Assembly: GCA_021798735.1 (NCBI GenBank)
Contig: JAJZCA010000001.1
Span: 1 to 57,293, forward strand
Direction of reading: 5' to 3'
Length of the DNA: 57,293 nucleotides
DNA from: Acidobacteriota bacterium
GTDB taxonomy: Bacteria; Acidobacteriota; Terriglobia; Terriglobales; Acidobacteriaceae
In this document: positions 9,352 through 18,592 of the stretch, one piece after another
Position numbering within the stretch: position 1 is the stretch's first letter
How the letters are laid out: the number at the start of each line of letters is the position of its first letter
Notes under the pieces: model-generated
Database searches by the model: none
What the model saw: only the letters and a program-made list of their open reading frames with translations
Told to the model about the DNA's origin: nothing
Program-made: the position numbers and the translations under genes

Positions 9352-10191
9352 TTAGGCCGCGGGTTTATTAGAGCGGCGGTTGACGACGGCCCAGGAGCCG
9401 ACGAATACGACGGCGCAAAATGCCAGGGTGACAATCAAGTTGAACTCGGGCGAAAAGGTTGTGACCTCGGCGGGGAACAGGCCGTTGCGCAGGGCATCGA
9501 CGCCGTAGGTCAGAGGATTCAGCAACATTAAAAATCGCAACCAGCCAGAGGCTCCGCTGACGGGAAACAGCGCGCCCGATCCCATCCATAACGGAATCAG
9601 GAGCAGGTTGATGATGGCGTGGAAGGCCTGGGTAGAATCCATGGGCCACGCGATGATGAAGCCGAGCGCAGTGAGCGAGAACGAGGTGAGCGCAATGGCC
9701 ACCATGGCGTAGAGAATGCCGAGCGCTGTGGTATGCACGCCGGCCAGAGGACAGAAGACCAGGAAGACCCATCCTTGAATCGCGGCCAGTGTTGCTCCGC
9801 CGAGAACTTTGCCGAGGACAATGGCGGACCTGCTGACCGGCGACGCCAGCACGGAGAGCAGAAAGCCTTCATTGCGATCCTGGATCAAGGACATCATGCT
9901 GAAGATGGCGGTGAAGAGGACGATCATGGTGATGGCGCCGGGAAAGAAGTAGCTCAAATAATGCGTGGAACCGGCGGCTGCGGCAGAACCTGCGCCGTGA
10001 CTTTGAAAGGTCTTGGAAAATCCGGAGCCGAGCACCAGCCAGAATAGAAGCGGGGAAGCGATGACGCCTGCGACGCGCGCTTTCTGGCGATAGAAACGGA
10101 CCAGTTCGCGGCGCCAGAGAGAGTAGGCGGGGATCCAGAGGCTGGCGGAGAGAGAGGCTTTCGGCGCGAGGCGGAGGGTTGCGGTTGCCAT
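9352..10191 (-). CDS. ABC-2 type transporter permease
   Basis: 279 aa, six hydrophobic segments and typical ABC-2 topology. Its start overlaps the upstream ATPase stop (TAATG at 10189..10193). Confidence 0.8.
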   Translation of the reverse strand: MATATLRLAPKASLSASLWIPAYSLWRRELVRFYRQKARVAGVIASPLLFWLVLGSGFSKTFQSHGAGSAAAAGSTHYLSYFFPGAITMIVLFTAIFSMMSLIQDRNEGFLLSVLASPVSRSAIVLGKVLGGATLAAIQGWVFLVFCPLAGVHTTALGILYAMVAIALTSFSLTALGFIIAWPMDSTQAFHAIINLLLIPLWMGSGALFPVSGASGWLRFLMLLNPLTYGVDALRNGLFPAEVTTFSPEFNLIVTLAFCAVVFVGSWAVVNRRSNKPAA

Positions 10192-11213
10192 TAGGAATTC
10201 TCCTCGTTTTGGTCGAGCCAGAAGCGGTGGCCAGTGTGCTGAATAAAAACGTCTTCGAGACTGGGTTTGGAGACGGAGACAGAGACAATTTCACCGGGGA
10301 AGGCCTCGACCACTTCGGTGAGGAAGCGATGACCTTGCTCGCGTTCGACGCGGACGGCATTGCCGACCACGACCGGAGCGACGCCGAAGCGCTCGGCGAT
10401 GCGCGCGCCCAAGTCGGTTGCGGCTTCCGCGGAGGCAGTTTCGAACTGGACAATGTCGCCGCCAATTTCTGCTTTCAGTGCAGCCGGGCTGCCGAGCGCG
10501 ACCAGTTTGCCTTCGCTCAGGATCGCGAGACGATCGCAATGCTCGGCTTCTTCCATCAGGTGGGTAGTCACCAACACGGTCACACCCTGCTCATCGCGCA
10601 GGATTCGGAGATAGTTCCAAAGGTCGATGCGAGCGCCGGGATCGAGGCCAGTGGTGGGTTCGTCAAGTAGCAGCACAGAGGGGGAATGAATCAGGCCCTT
10701 GGCGAGTTCGACGCGACGTTTCTGGCCGCCGGAGAGGGTTTCGACCAAATCATTTTTGCGATCGGTGAGGCCGACGCGGTCGAGCACTTCTTTCGATCGC
10801 GCTTTCAGGTGTGAACCGCTGAGGCCGTAGAGATGACCTTGGTGCATCAGGTTCTCGCCGACGGTCAGCTTCACATCCAGGCTGGTGGCCTGAAAGACGA
10901 TGCCGGTTTGCAGGCGCACACGATTGGGCTCCGTCGCGACGTCAAATCCAGCCAAACGCGCGTGGCCGCCGGTGGGAACCATCAGCGTAGAAAGGATGCG
11001 GAAGAGGGTGGTTTTGCCGCTGCCGTTGGGGCCAAGCAGGCCGAAAATTTCCGCCGGTCGAACGTCGAAGGTCAGGCCATCGAGAGCCAGCCGCGAACCG
11101 TAGTCGTGCGATAGACGGTTGAGTTCGATGGGGGCGTGCTGGGTGAACTGTCCTGGAGTTGGGCTGCCAGGCGTCGCCTGTTGCGAGCGGTCGATCTGTT
11201 GTGTGGTGGCCAT
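10191..11213 (-). CDS. ABC transporter ATP-binding protein
   Basis: Walker A 'GLLGPNGSGKTT', signature 'LSGGQKRRV', Walker B 'LLLDEPTTGLD'. Start trimmed to ATG 11213 (MATTQQ...), because the longer ORF to 11624 runs out of frame through ctaB. Confidence 0.9.
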   Translation of the reverse strand: MATTQQIDRSQQATPGSPTPGQFTQHAPIELNRLSHDYGSRLALDGLTFDVRPAEIFGLLGPNGSGKTTLFRILSTLMVPTGGHARLAGFDVATEPNRVRLQTGIVFQATSLDVKLTVGENLMHQGHLYGLSGSHLKARSKEVLDRVGLTDRKNDLVETLSGGQKRRVELAKGLIHSPSVLLLDEPTTGLDPGARIDLWNYLRILRDEQGVTVLVTTHLMEEAEHCDRLAILSEGKLVALGSPAALKAEIGGDIVQFETASAEAATDLGARIAERFGVAPVVVGNAVRVEREQGHRFLTEVVEAFPGEIVSVSVSKPSLEDVFIQHTGHRFWLDQNEENS

Positions 11214-11218
11214 TCGAG

Positions 11219-12265
11219 TCAATTCCTCCTGGTGGCGTTCAGCATCAGCACTGCCAGCAGCAGCGGCAAATAGGTCACACTGACCTTGAGCAAGGCACGC
11301 GCATAGAGGCGGGACTGGCTTGCGGAAGATTTTGTAATTCGCGTAAAGCGGATGGTGTAGGCCAGATACAGCAGGCCCAGCAACAAGGCGCACACCCAGT
11401 AGATTCGTCCCGCCATGTGCAGGTAATAGGGTGCGAGGCTGACGGGAATCATCAGGATGGCGTAGACCAGGGCCTCGGCGGCGGTGGACCAGCCATCGGG
11501 CTGCACGACTGGCAGCATGCGGATGCCGGCGCGGGCGTAGTCCTCTCTGTAGAGCCACGCGATAGACATGAAGTGAGGGAATTGCCAGACAAAAAGAATG
11601 GCAAACAGGGCGACGGCGGGCCACTCAATGGTGCCGCGAGCGGCTGTCCAACCGATCAGCGGCGGCATGGCGCCTGGAAACGCGCCGACAAACGTGGCCA
11701 TGGACGTGAAGCGCTTGAGCGGCGTGTAAATGCCGACATAGGTGACGGCCGTGAGCAACGTAAGTGTGCCGGTGATGAGATTGGTGTGAGCCACCAGCCA
11801 CAGCGAACCGGCAATGATGGCGAGCATCCCGATAAAGACGCCATAGCCCAAGCTGAGCCTTCCGGCGGCGAGCGGACGCTTCGCGGTTCGAATCATCAGG
11901 GCGTCTGTGCGCCGTTCTTCGGCCTGGTTCAAGGCGCTGGCGCCACAGGATACGAGGGCGATTCCAATCAGGGTGTTGACCAGCGTGGGATTGAAAGAGT
12001 CGATGCCGGATTGCGCCGCACCGAGATAGTAGCCGGCCCAGGCGGTCATTACCACCAGCGTGGTGACACGTAGTTTGAAGGTGGCGATAGTGTCGCGGGC
12101 GAAGCTCTTCCAGGTGTGGACTGTGGCATGGTGGGGTTCGGCAATCACGGAGGCAGCGTCGAACACAGCGAATTCCGTGGATTCTGCGCCAACGGCGTGG
12201 ATTGCGCTGGCGGGAGATCCACTGGGGGCGAGGCTGGATCGTGTTGGCGTGACAGAACCTCTCAT
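11219..12265 (-). CDS. ctaB: Protoheme IX farnesyltransferase (heme O synthase)
   Basis: UbiA-superfamily membrane protein. 'KLRVTTLVVMTAWAGYYL', 'ALNQAEERRTDALMIRTAKRPLAAG' and 'LFVWQFPHFMSIAWLYREDYARAG' are characteristic CyoE/CtaB motifs. Confidence 0.9.
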   Translation of the reverse strand: MRGSVTPTRSSLAPSGSPASAIHAVGAESTEFAVFDAASVIAEPHHATVHTWKSFARDTIATFKLRVTTLVVMTAWAGYYLGAAQSGIDSFNPTLVNTLIGIALVSCGASALNQAEERRTDALMIRTAKRPLAAGRLSLGYGVFIGMLAIIAGSLWLVAHTNLITGTLTLLTAVTYVGIYTPLKRFTSMATFVGAFPGAMPPLIGWTAARGTIEWPAVALFAILFVWQFPHFMSIAWLYREDYARAGIRMLPVVQPDGWSTAAEALVYAILMIPVSLAPYYLHMAGRIYWVCALLLGLLYLAYTIRFTRITKSSASQSRLYARALLKVSVTYLPLLLAVLMLNATRRN

Positions 12266-12679
12266 ATTCCCTCAGTACACAGGACGCAGAAATGAGGGGC
12301 AGCGACCGGAAATGCGGTCCGCTGTGGAAGTGGTAAAGAGAGTCGTCTGTGTTGCGATGATTTTCGAAGGAAGCAAAATCTGTGCACAATTCAGGATAGC
12401 AAAAGAACTCGAACAGGCCACATACGAGTCTCCTGCACGCCGATCCAGCGAGTGGGGTGAAATGCATCAGCGCTTGTGGCGGCCTCTCTTGACCCTGGTC
12501 AGGCCTGCTTCGATGCGTAAGGGGGGTCCTGTGAGAATCGAAGTAACCTAGTACCCAGCCCATTGGTAACCTATCAGTTGGATCACTTTAGTTCCACAAA
12601 CGCCCCTTGCGACGCTATTCTTAGCAGGTTAAGACATGACCCACCCTATATTTTTTTAGGGAAATCTGGAGAACTTGAT

Positions 12680-14122
12680 ATGCCAATCGTGAAAAGATCG
12701 CAAAAACACTTACTGAACGCTTTAGGTATGGTAGGGCTGTGCGCCCTGCTCGGGTGCAGTTCGTCTTCTTCCAGTCCCACGCTTTCCACGATGGCCGGAG
12801 CGGCACCCATGGTTGTTACCGTCAGCGATGCTCCCTTGGGCAATATTCTGTCTGCCAAGGTGACGATTTCCGCTGTCGGCGTGACCGCGGCCAGCGGAGG
12901 CAGTCCCGTTTCTCTGCTGACGCAGCCGGTGACAGTGGAACTCTCCAGTCTTGGGGCAGTACAGGAACCCATTGAGATCACCAACCTTGCTTCCGGCACC
13001 TACAATTCCGCGACTGTGACAGTGTCGGCGGCGCAGGTTACATACATCAACGGCAGCGGTCAGGTGACAACGGCGACAGCGACCCTGAACCAGCCAACAG
13101 TTACGGTCGCACTCTCGCCCGCGCTTGACGTAAGCGGCCAGGGTGAGGTCCAGTTGCAACTCGCCTTCAACCTGGCACAATCCTTCAGTGTCTCTGGCAG
13201 TGCGGTCACCTTCACCCCAGCCATCAACACGGTGGGAGCGCAGGTCAGCGCGGAAAACAGCGGAGACCGGCAGGTAGAGGTGAGTGGACAGGTCATTAGC
13301 GTAAGTTCATCCTCCATCACGGTCCAATCCGGCGATTCAGGAAAGCAGTTCACTTTCACGATCAACAGCTCTACCCAATTTCCCAATGGCGTCACTGCGG
13401 GTTCGATCCAGACCGGATCGATCGTCCAGGTACAAGGACAGACGCAAACCGACGGCAGCCTGCTGGCTTTGATGATTACTCCCGAGTCGGCTGGAAATTC
13501 CTCCGGTCAGCAGGAAGATGGAGCCAAGGGAATTATCGTCAGTGTGACAAAGAACAGTTCCGGCATGATCACAGCATTCACCATGGTGCCGCGGGAGTGC
13601 TTTGGAAGCGAATCGTGTAGTGCATCGATGAGCGTTGCCTTGTCTTCTTCGACAACGTATGCAGTTCCTGAAGATGCACAGCAGGCTGGAGTAGTTTCGG
13701 CCGCATTCACGGCTGCCGAAATCTTTCCGGGCCAGTCCGTGGTCGTTACTGGGGCCGCAGGCAGCTCGGGCATATTGAATGCACAGCAGGTGATGCTGGC
13801 GGCAGAGAGTATTCCGGGCACGCTGGTGGCTACGCCGCAAGGCAGCAGTCCCAACTTCACTTTTGCACTCGCTCTGGCGTCCACCTCGTATCTGACCACG
13901 TATGAGAACCTTACCTCGCTCAACGTTTCCACGAGCCAGGCAACGGATTATGGCAATAGCTTAAGCGCGTCCTCGTTTGCCGCGCTGGCTGCTGGCGCCA
14001 GTGTGGAGATACATGGCTATCTGCTCCAGGACAGCACTGGTCACTTCGCCGTTTACGCCACGGAGATTTCTCAGGTGGAAGCTCCGGAAACCCCCGAAGG
14101 CGGTGGTGGCGGAGGCAATTAG
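12680..14122 (+). CDS. Secreted lipoprotein, DUF4382-like N-terminal domain plus Ser/Thr/Gly-rich beta-repeat region
   Basis: Lipobox 'LCALLGC|SSSS'. 'VVTVSDAPLGNILSAKVTISAVGV' resembles the DUF4382 start. Repeated 'V.VQG...DGSL.A' type segments follow. Start at ATG 12680 within ORF 12563..14122. Confidence 0.65.
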   Translation: MPIVKRSQKHLLNALGMVGLCALLGCSSSSSSPTLSTMAGAAPMVVTVSDAPLGNILSAKVTISAVGVTAASGGSPVSLLTQPVTVELSSLGAVQEPIEITNLASGTYNSATVTVSAAQVTYINGSGQVTTATATLNQPTVTVALSPALDVSGQGEVQLQLAFNLAQSFSVSGSAVTFTPAINTVGAQVSAENSGDRQVEVSGQVISVSSSSITVQSGDSGKQFTFTINSSTQFPNGVTAGSIQTGSIVQVQGQTQTDGSLLALMITPESAGNSSGQQEDGAKGIIVSVTKNSSGMITAFTMVPRECFGSESCSASMSVALSSSTTYAVPEDAQQAGVVSAAFTAAEIFPGQSVVVTGAAGSSGILNAQQVMLAAESIPGTLVATPQGSSPNFTFALALASTSYLTTYENLTSLNVSTSQATDYGNSLSASSFAALAAGASVEIHGYLLQDSTGHFAVYATEISQVEAPETPEGGGGGGN

Positions 14123-14173
14123 AACGGAAGTGGCCTAGACCGAATGGATGGTTCGTATATTCAAATGGCGATA

Positions 14174-14218
14174 GAGTCATTCTGAGGTCGCTGCGGCGAC
14201 CGGAGTTCAGAATGACTC
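14174..14218. repeat. Family-1 palindromic repeat, minimal form
   Basis: 'GAGTCATTCTGA-GGTCGCTGCGGCGACC-GGAG-TTCAGAATGACTC': outer 12-bp inverted arms enclosing a 16-bp palindrome. It lies between convergent genes and is a likely bidirectional terminator. Confidence 0.8.
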
Positions 14219-14272
14219 GCACCCACATCAACTGCACCAACTGTGAATCCTAAATCTAATAGGAAATCTGCT

Positions 14273-15364
14273 TTAACGGGGTAGTGGGCCACTGGCGTCA
14301 GCGTCGTGGGAGGCAGGTGCGTCGGCGGGCTGGATGACGTACTCGTCAATCAAGACAGCGACCAGGACTGCGGTGGGGACGGCGACTAACGCTCCGGCGA
14401 TCCCGGCCAGGCCGACTCCCATCAGCAGGGCGATCAATACAGCGGTCCCGGCAAGATCGACGCGCGCCCGCATGATGCGCGGGACGAGAAATCCATTCTC
14501 AATTTGCAGATAAATCATTTCAAAAATCAGCACGCCCAGAACTTTTTCCCAGGATTCGCTGGCCGCGACCAGCATGGCGAGGGAAGTGGTGACCAACGCG
14601 CCGACGACAGGGACGATGTTGAATGCGCCCATCAGCACGGCCAGGGCGAACGCGTAGTGCAGATGCAAGGCGCCGAACACGATGCCGCTCGTGATTCCCA
14701 GGATCAGCATCAAGGCCAACTGCCCCAGCAGCCAGCGGCCCATCCGCTCGGCGGCGTGGCGCAGGGTTTCGTCCAGGCGTTCCCGGCGGACCGGTGGGAC
14801 CAGCGAGAGGAACCATTTGTAGACATGTTCGCCTTCCGCCAGAAAATAAACTGTGAGCACAATGCCGGTAATGATTTCGAAAAGCTTGGCCGCCCAATTG
14901 CTAATGGAAGAAAGAAAAGTCCCCATTTCCTGGGCCGTGTTTTGTTTCAACTTGGTTTCGATGACGGTAATGTTCATGTCGCGGAGGACCGGCAGTCCTT
15001 CGATTTTTTCCAGGAACGCGGGACTGCGACCGGGCAGCGTCCTGACAAAGGAAGCCACGTCGCGCACGACCGGGGGCAGAGTGAGGATGAGGAAGAGCGT
15101 GACCGAGCCGACCAGCACCACCATGATGATGAGGATGGCAAGGCCGTGGCTGGGATGCCCTCTTCCGATGCGGAGCCGCTGCACGCCGCGCACAACAGGC
15201 ATCAGTACAATGGCGGCAAGAGTGCTGACGTAGAGCAGGACCAGCACGTCGCGCAGCAGCCAGGCAAGATAGAGCGCAATGGCAATGGCAAACGCAAACA
15301 GAATGTGTCCGCGTACGCTGCGATTGGTGCTTGGAACGGTCGGCGCCAATTGGGGATCTTTCAT
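14273..15364 (-). CDS. AI-2E family (PerM/YhhT-like) transporter
   Basis: 363 aa, 7-8 TM segments. 'FNIVPVVGALV' and 'IYLQIENGFLVPRIM' are typical AI-2E motifs. Confidence 0.85.
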   Translation of the reverse strand: MKDPQLAPTVPSTNRSVRGHILFAFAIAIALYLAWLLRDVLVLLYVSTLAAIVLMPVVRGVQRLRIGRGHPSHGLAILIIMVVLVGSVTLFLILTLPPVVRDVASFVRTLPGRSPAFLEKIEGLPVLRDMNITVIETKLKQNTAQEMGTFLSSISNWAAKLFEIITGIVLTVYFLAEGEHVYKWFLSLVPPVRRERLDETLRHAAERMGRWLLGQLALMLILGITSGIVFGALHLHYAFALAVLMGAFNIVPVVGALVTTSLAMLVAASESWEKVLGVLIFEMIYLQIENGFLVPRIMRARVDLAGTAVLIALLMGVGLAGIAGALVAVPTAVLVAVLIDEYVIQPADAPASHDADASGPLPR

Positions 15365-15436
15365 GGAATCGTCGCCCTCACAGAGTTGTTGCTATTCGCG
15401 ATGATGCCAGGCTCGGCGCGCGTTTCTGTCGGAGAT

Positions 15437-16051
15437 TCATGCGCGTTTCTGACTTTCCGGCGGCGCACTCCAGGGAGCGCTGTTCCATCGAGCCACGACA
15501 GCCGTTACGAGTGCGTCCAAAGTTTGGCCGGTGGTGTCGATGGTCCAGTCCGCCGTTTCGTAGAAGGGACGTCTTCGTTGAAACCGTTCTGTCAGTTCTG
15601 CCCGCTTCTCCAGGATTGGACGCCGAACTGCTTCTCGTTGCAACTGTTGTTGCTCGCAGCGCTCGATCAAGACCTCCAGCGGCGCGGCGAGGTAGAGCAA
15701 CAGAGTCTCGCGATCTTCGTGGATGGCCTGCCTGTTGGCCGCAGTTTCGATGGTGCCGCCGCCCAGCGCGAGCACCACTTTTTCCAGTCTCAAGGTATTG
15801 GCAAGCGTGTTTTGCTCCAATTCGCGAAATCGGGATTCGCCGACGGAATCGAAAATCTGTGCGATGCTCTTTTGTTCCGTGCGCACAATCTCATCATCCA
15901 GGTCGATGAAGGACCATTCAAGCTGTTGGGCCAGGCGCGGACCCAATGTGCTCTTGCCCGCCCCCATGAATCCGGTGAGGACTATGCGTTTGGGCAAAAG
16001 GACTGATCCAGTCTTTGACTGTGACGCGATTCGAACGGCTACCTCCAGCAA
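15437..16051 (-). CDS. aroK: Shikimate kinase
   Basis: P-loop 'LTGFMGAGKSTLG', 'DLDDEI', 'ALGGG'. The annotated start is a TTG at 16051. An internal TTG about 8 codons before the P-loop strand is also possible. Confidence 0.85.
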   Translation of the reverse strand: MLEVAVRIASQSKTGSVLLPKRIVLTGFMGAGKSTLGPRLAQQLEWSFIDLDDEIVRTEQKSIAQIFDSVGESRFRELEQNTLANTLRLEKVVLALGGGTIETAANRQAIHEDRETLLLYLAAPLEVLIERCEQQQLQREAVRRPILEKRAELTERFQRRRPFYETADWTIDTTGQTLDALVTAVVARWNSAPWSAPPESQKRA

Positions 16052-16113
16052 TCTTTGCTGGATTCTAAACGAGAAGTGCCTGCATTCGCGGAGAAGTTTT
16101 GCACCTGCGCGGG

Positions 16114-16377
16114 TCAGGAACTCTTGTTGCCATCCTTCGCCTGCCGGGAAAGCACTGTTTGAATGTTATTCCAAACGGCGGGGCTTGGGTCGTGGATGGG
16201 CAGCAGCAATTTCGCCTGCGCGGCGATATATTCCAAATCGCGCACCAGGGAGGAGCAGTTTTTGCACGTCCGCAAGTGTGCATGTTGCTGCAGGCCATGT
16301 TCAGAATCGAAGAGTCCTGGCAATTGCTGCTGGAATTCGTCGCACTCTCTTGGGGTGTGGATCCGGTCGGATGTCAT
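16114..16377 (-). CDS. Anti-sigma factor (zf-HC2 type), short form
   Basis: 87 aa. 'C..F...L...........H..HL..C..C' spacing ('CDEFQQQL...[10 protein letters not shown]'). The start ATG overlaps the sigma-factor stop (ATGA at 16374..16377). Confidence 0.6.
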   Translation of the reverse strand: MTSDRIHTPRECDEFQQQLPGLFDSEHGLQQHAHLRTCKNCSSLVRDLEYIAAQAKLLLPIHDPSPAVWNNIQTVLSRQAKDGNKSS

Positions 16378-17108
16378 GCGTCTACCTTCCCGTCCGCCTT
16401 TTGACGCAACAAAATGCGCAGGCGCATGCGGGCTTTGTGGAGTTGAGATTTGCTGTTGCCAATGGAGCACTGCAACATTTCTGCAATTTCATTGTGCTCA
16501 TAGCCTTCCACATCGTGCAGTACAAATACCATTCGATAGCCCGGTGGCAACTCTTCCACGGCCTGCTCCAACGTAATCCGATCGATGGAGCCGGAGAGTG
16601 TGAGGTCGCGGGTGCCGAAGTCTTTGCGAGGCCCGTCTTCCTGGGAGGGCTCCAGAGTTTCTTCCAGGGATACGAGGGGTAGACCTTTCTTGCGCAGATG
16701 CATCAGCACAACGTTGACGGCCATTCGATGTAACCAGGTGGAAAAAGCGGAATCGCCGCGAAACGTGGCGATCTTGCGATGCAACTGCAGAAATGCCTCC
16801 TGCGTCAGGTCTTCCGCCTCGGCGACATTACCCAGCATCCGCAGACAGAGCGAGTACACGCGGCGCTTGTGCATGTTGTAGAGAACCTCAAATGACGCTC
16901 CATCGCCTTGCTGTGCCAGGGCAATGGCCGCCAATTCTCCGGCGATGGGAGGATTGCGTCGCTGCTGCTGATGCACCGGCCTGGCTTCCGCCGTAAGCGG
17001 CTGGGAGGGAGTGGGGGAGGGTATTTTCTCGGCAGTTCGCAATGTGTTTTTTGTCATGGAACCAGAATGCGGTCTGCCCTTTCCTGAGTCTTGGTTTGAA
17101 TCTTCCAT
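16374..17108 (-). CDS. ECF-type RNA polymerase sigma-70 family factor
   Basis: Region 2 '[35 protein letters not shown]' and region 4 '[39 protein letters not shown]'. An N-terminal extension of about 65 aa is rich in Pro/Gln. Confidence 0.9.
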   Translation of the reverse strand: MEDSNQDSGKGRPHSGSMTKNTLRTAEKIPSPTPSQPLTAEARPVHQQQRRNPPIAGELAAIALAQQGDGASFEVLYNMHKRRVYSLCLRMLGNVAEAEDLTQEAFLQLHRKIATFRGDSAFSTWLHRMAVNVVLMHLRKKGLPLVSLEETLEPSQEDGPRKDFGTRDLTLSGSIDRITLEQAVEELPPGYRMVFVLHDVEGYEHNEIAEMLQCSIGNSKSQLHKARMRLRILLRQKADGKVDA

Positions 17109-17175
17109 CGTTTTTGGTGGAGGGCGCTCCGTGTCTTAGAAGGTATTGTGGCCGTGTGAGTTGCCTGGGAGAAAC

Positions 17176-18219
17176 TTAACTTCCGATAAAGCGTGAATAC
17201 AGACTTCGCGCCAGTCCGACGTCCGTTGTCCCTTGAACAATGGCGCGACCATCCTTAAATATTGTGATGCGATGTTCGCCGCGATCGAAGCGCAGCAGCA
17301 TGTCATTGCGCCGGACAGTGCCGTGGGGTTGCAGTTTGCGCTCAAGTTCAGCGAAGTCGATGGGACGTTGGTGCTCGTGAATCTGGACCGAGTTTCTGCC
17401 GCACAGGGTAATGTGCGGCCGCGCTACGCCGGAAAGATGATGGAATGTGTGCAGGCCGCACACGGAGCAGCCCGACCGCGGGCGGGACGTGTCAATTTCG
17501 GAGATTTCGTTGGTCCACACATCGCAGGAAAAGAGCGAACGGCGTAATCGGTCGTGAGCGCCGACGATCCACTTAATGGCTTCGACGGCCTCCAAGGAGG
17601 CAGACAGGTTCACCGCTGGATTCAGGATGCCGCTGGTGTCGCAGGTTTCGACCATTCCCGAGGGAGGGTCGGGGAAAATGCAGGCCAGACAGGCGGTTAT
17701 GCCGGGCAGGATGTTCATGGTGACGGCGTAGGAGCCAACCGCGCCGGCATAAATCCAGGGCTTGTTCTGTTCTACGGCATAATCATTCAGCAGGTAACGG
17801 GTTTCGAAATTGTCGGTCGCGTCGAGAAGCAGTTGCGCGTCCGCGAGCAGGGAATGGATATTGGCAGGAACCAGGTCCGCGACGTGGGCGTGGACCCGGG
17901 TCTGGCTGTTGAAACGGGCAATTCTGCGCCGTGCTGCCTCGGCTTTTGGCAGGCCTTCCGCAGCATCCTCTTCCTCAAACAGCACCTGGCGCTGCAGATT
18001 GCTCCATTCAACATAGTCGCGATCGATCAGCGTGAGGGTGCCGACCCCGGCGCGGGCCAGAAGCCCGGCGACGGCAGCTCCGGTCGCTCCGCAGCCAACG
18101 ATGGCGACGTGGGCGGCGAAGAGTTTCTGCTGGCCCTGCTCGCCAATGCCTGAAAACAGGATTTGGCGAGAATAGCGATCGTGAGAGGGAGAGAAGACCG
18201 GATTGGAAGCCAGAGCCAT
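17176..18219 (-). CDS. ThiF/MoeB-family adenylyltransferase with Bacillus-type C-terminal domain
   Basis: 'YSRQILFSGIGEQGQQKL...VAIVGCGATGAAVAGLLARAGVG.LTLIDRDYVEWSNLQRQ', CxxC 'CSVCG', and a C-terminal 'FKDGRAIVQGTTD...YSRFIGS' as in B. subtilis ThiF/MoeB. Confidence 0.85.
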   Translation of the reverse strand: MALASNPVFSPSHDRYSRQILFSGIGEQGQQKLFAAHVAIVGCGATGAAVAGLLARAGVGTLTLIDRDYVEWSNLQRQVLFEEEDAAEGLPKAEAARRRIARFNSQTRVHAHVADLVPANIHSLLADAQLLLDATDNFETRYLLNDYAVEQNKPWIYAGAVGSYAVTMNILPGITACLACIFPDPPSGMVETCDTSGILNPAVNLSASLEAVEAIKWIVGAHDRLRRSLFSCDVWTNEISEIDTSRPRSGCSVCGLHTFHHLSGVARPHITLCGRNSVQIHEHQRPIDFAELERKLQPHGTVRRNDMLLRFDRGEHRITIFKDGRAIVQGTTDVGLARSLYSRFIGS

Positions 18220-18592
18220 ACCCCTTCAGTATATGGAATGCGTCGCGCGGCGAATTTGGTGGCATAGGTCGCGGAGGTAGTGCGAGCGGAAGTGAGCCTG
18301 GTCCATGCGAAGCTGAAAAACATCGAACGTGGAACCGGTCTCAAGATATTCATCAGGATTTGCGGCGTGGACAAGACGAGGAACAGGCAGGTTGCGTATG
18401 CTAACCACAGGCAAACGGAGTCTGTCGATCAGCGTACTTCAAGGCAATCTGGGTCCATTGATTCATCGACGATTCGCTGGAACCAGACGATTTGCTGTCG
18501 GAAAAATAATTCAGCGTGGCAACGGTTGTGGACGGACCGTTCATGAGTCGATTTCTTTGCAGAAAAACCACCCACATCCAGGATTCTCTGGC

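Noticed and set aside
10191-11624. The N-terminal 137 codons of the 477-aa ORF. Similar 5' extensions occur in ORFs 5012, 22482, 36507, 12563 and 44800..45957.
   Set aside because: The extensions overlap neighbouring genes or intergenic DNA and are Arg/Pro-rich. They precede internal ATGs where family homology and SD or overlap logic begin. I trimmed the starts rather than calling fusions.
12312-12551. A possible 80-aa ORF (MRSAVEVVKRVV...) in the 415-bp ctaB/lipoprotein divergent region
   Set aside because: It has a weak SD and no motif, and it is part of a longer frame that begins antisense inside ctaB. Evidence is insufficient. The region is more simply two divergent promoters and leaders.
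14504-16006. A 500-aa plus-strand ORF
   Set aside because: It runs antisense across two separate, well-supported genes (the AI-2E transporter and aroK) and their intergenic gap. The composition is low-complexity and rich in Asp/His/Gln/Arg. It is a shadow ORF.
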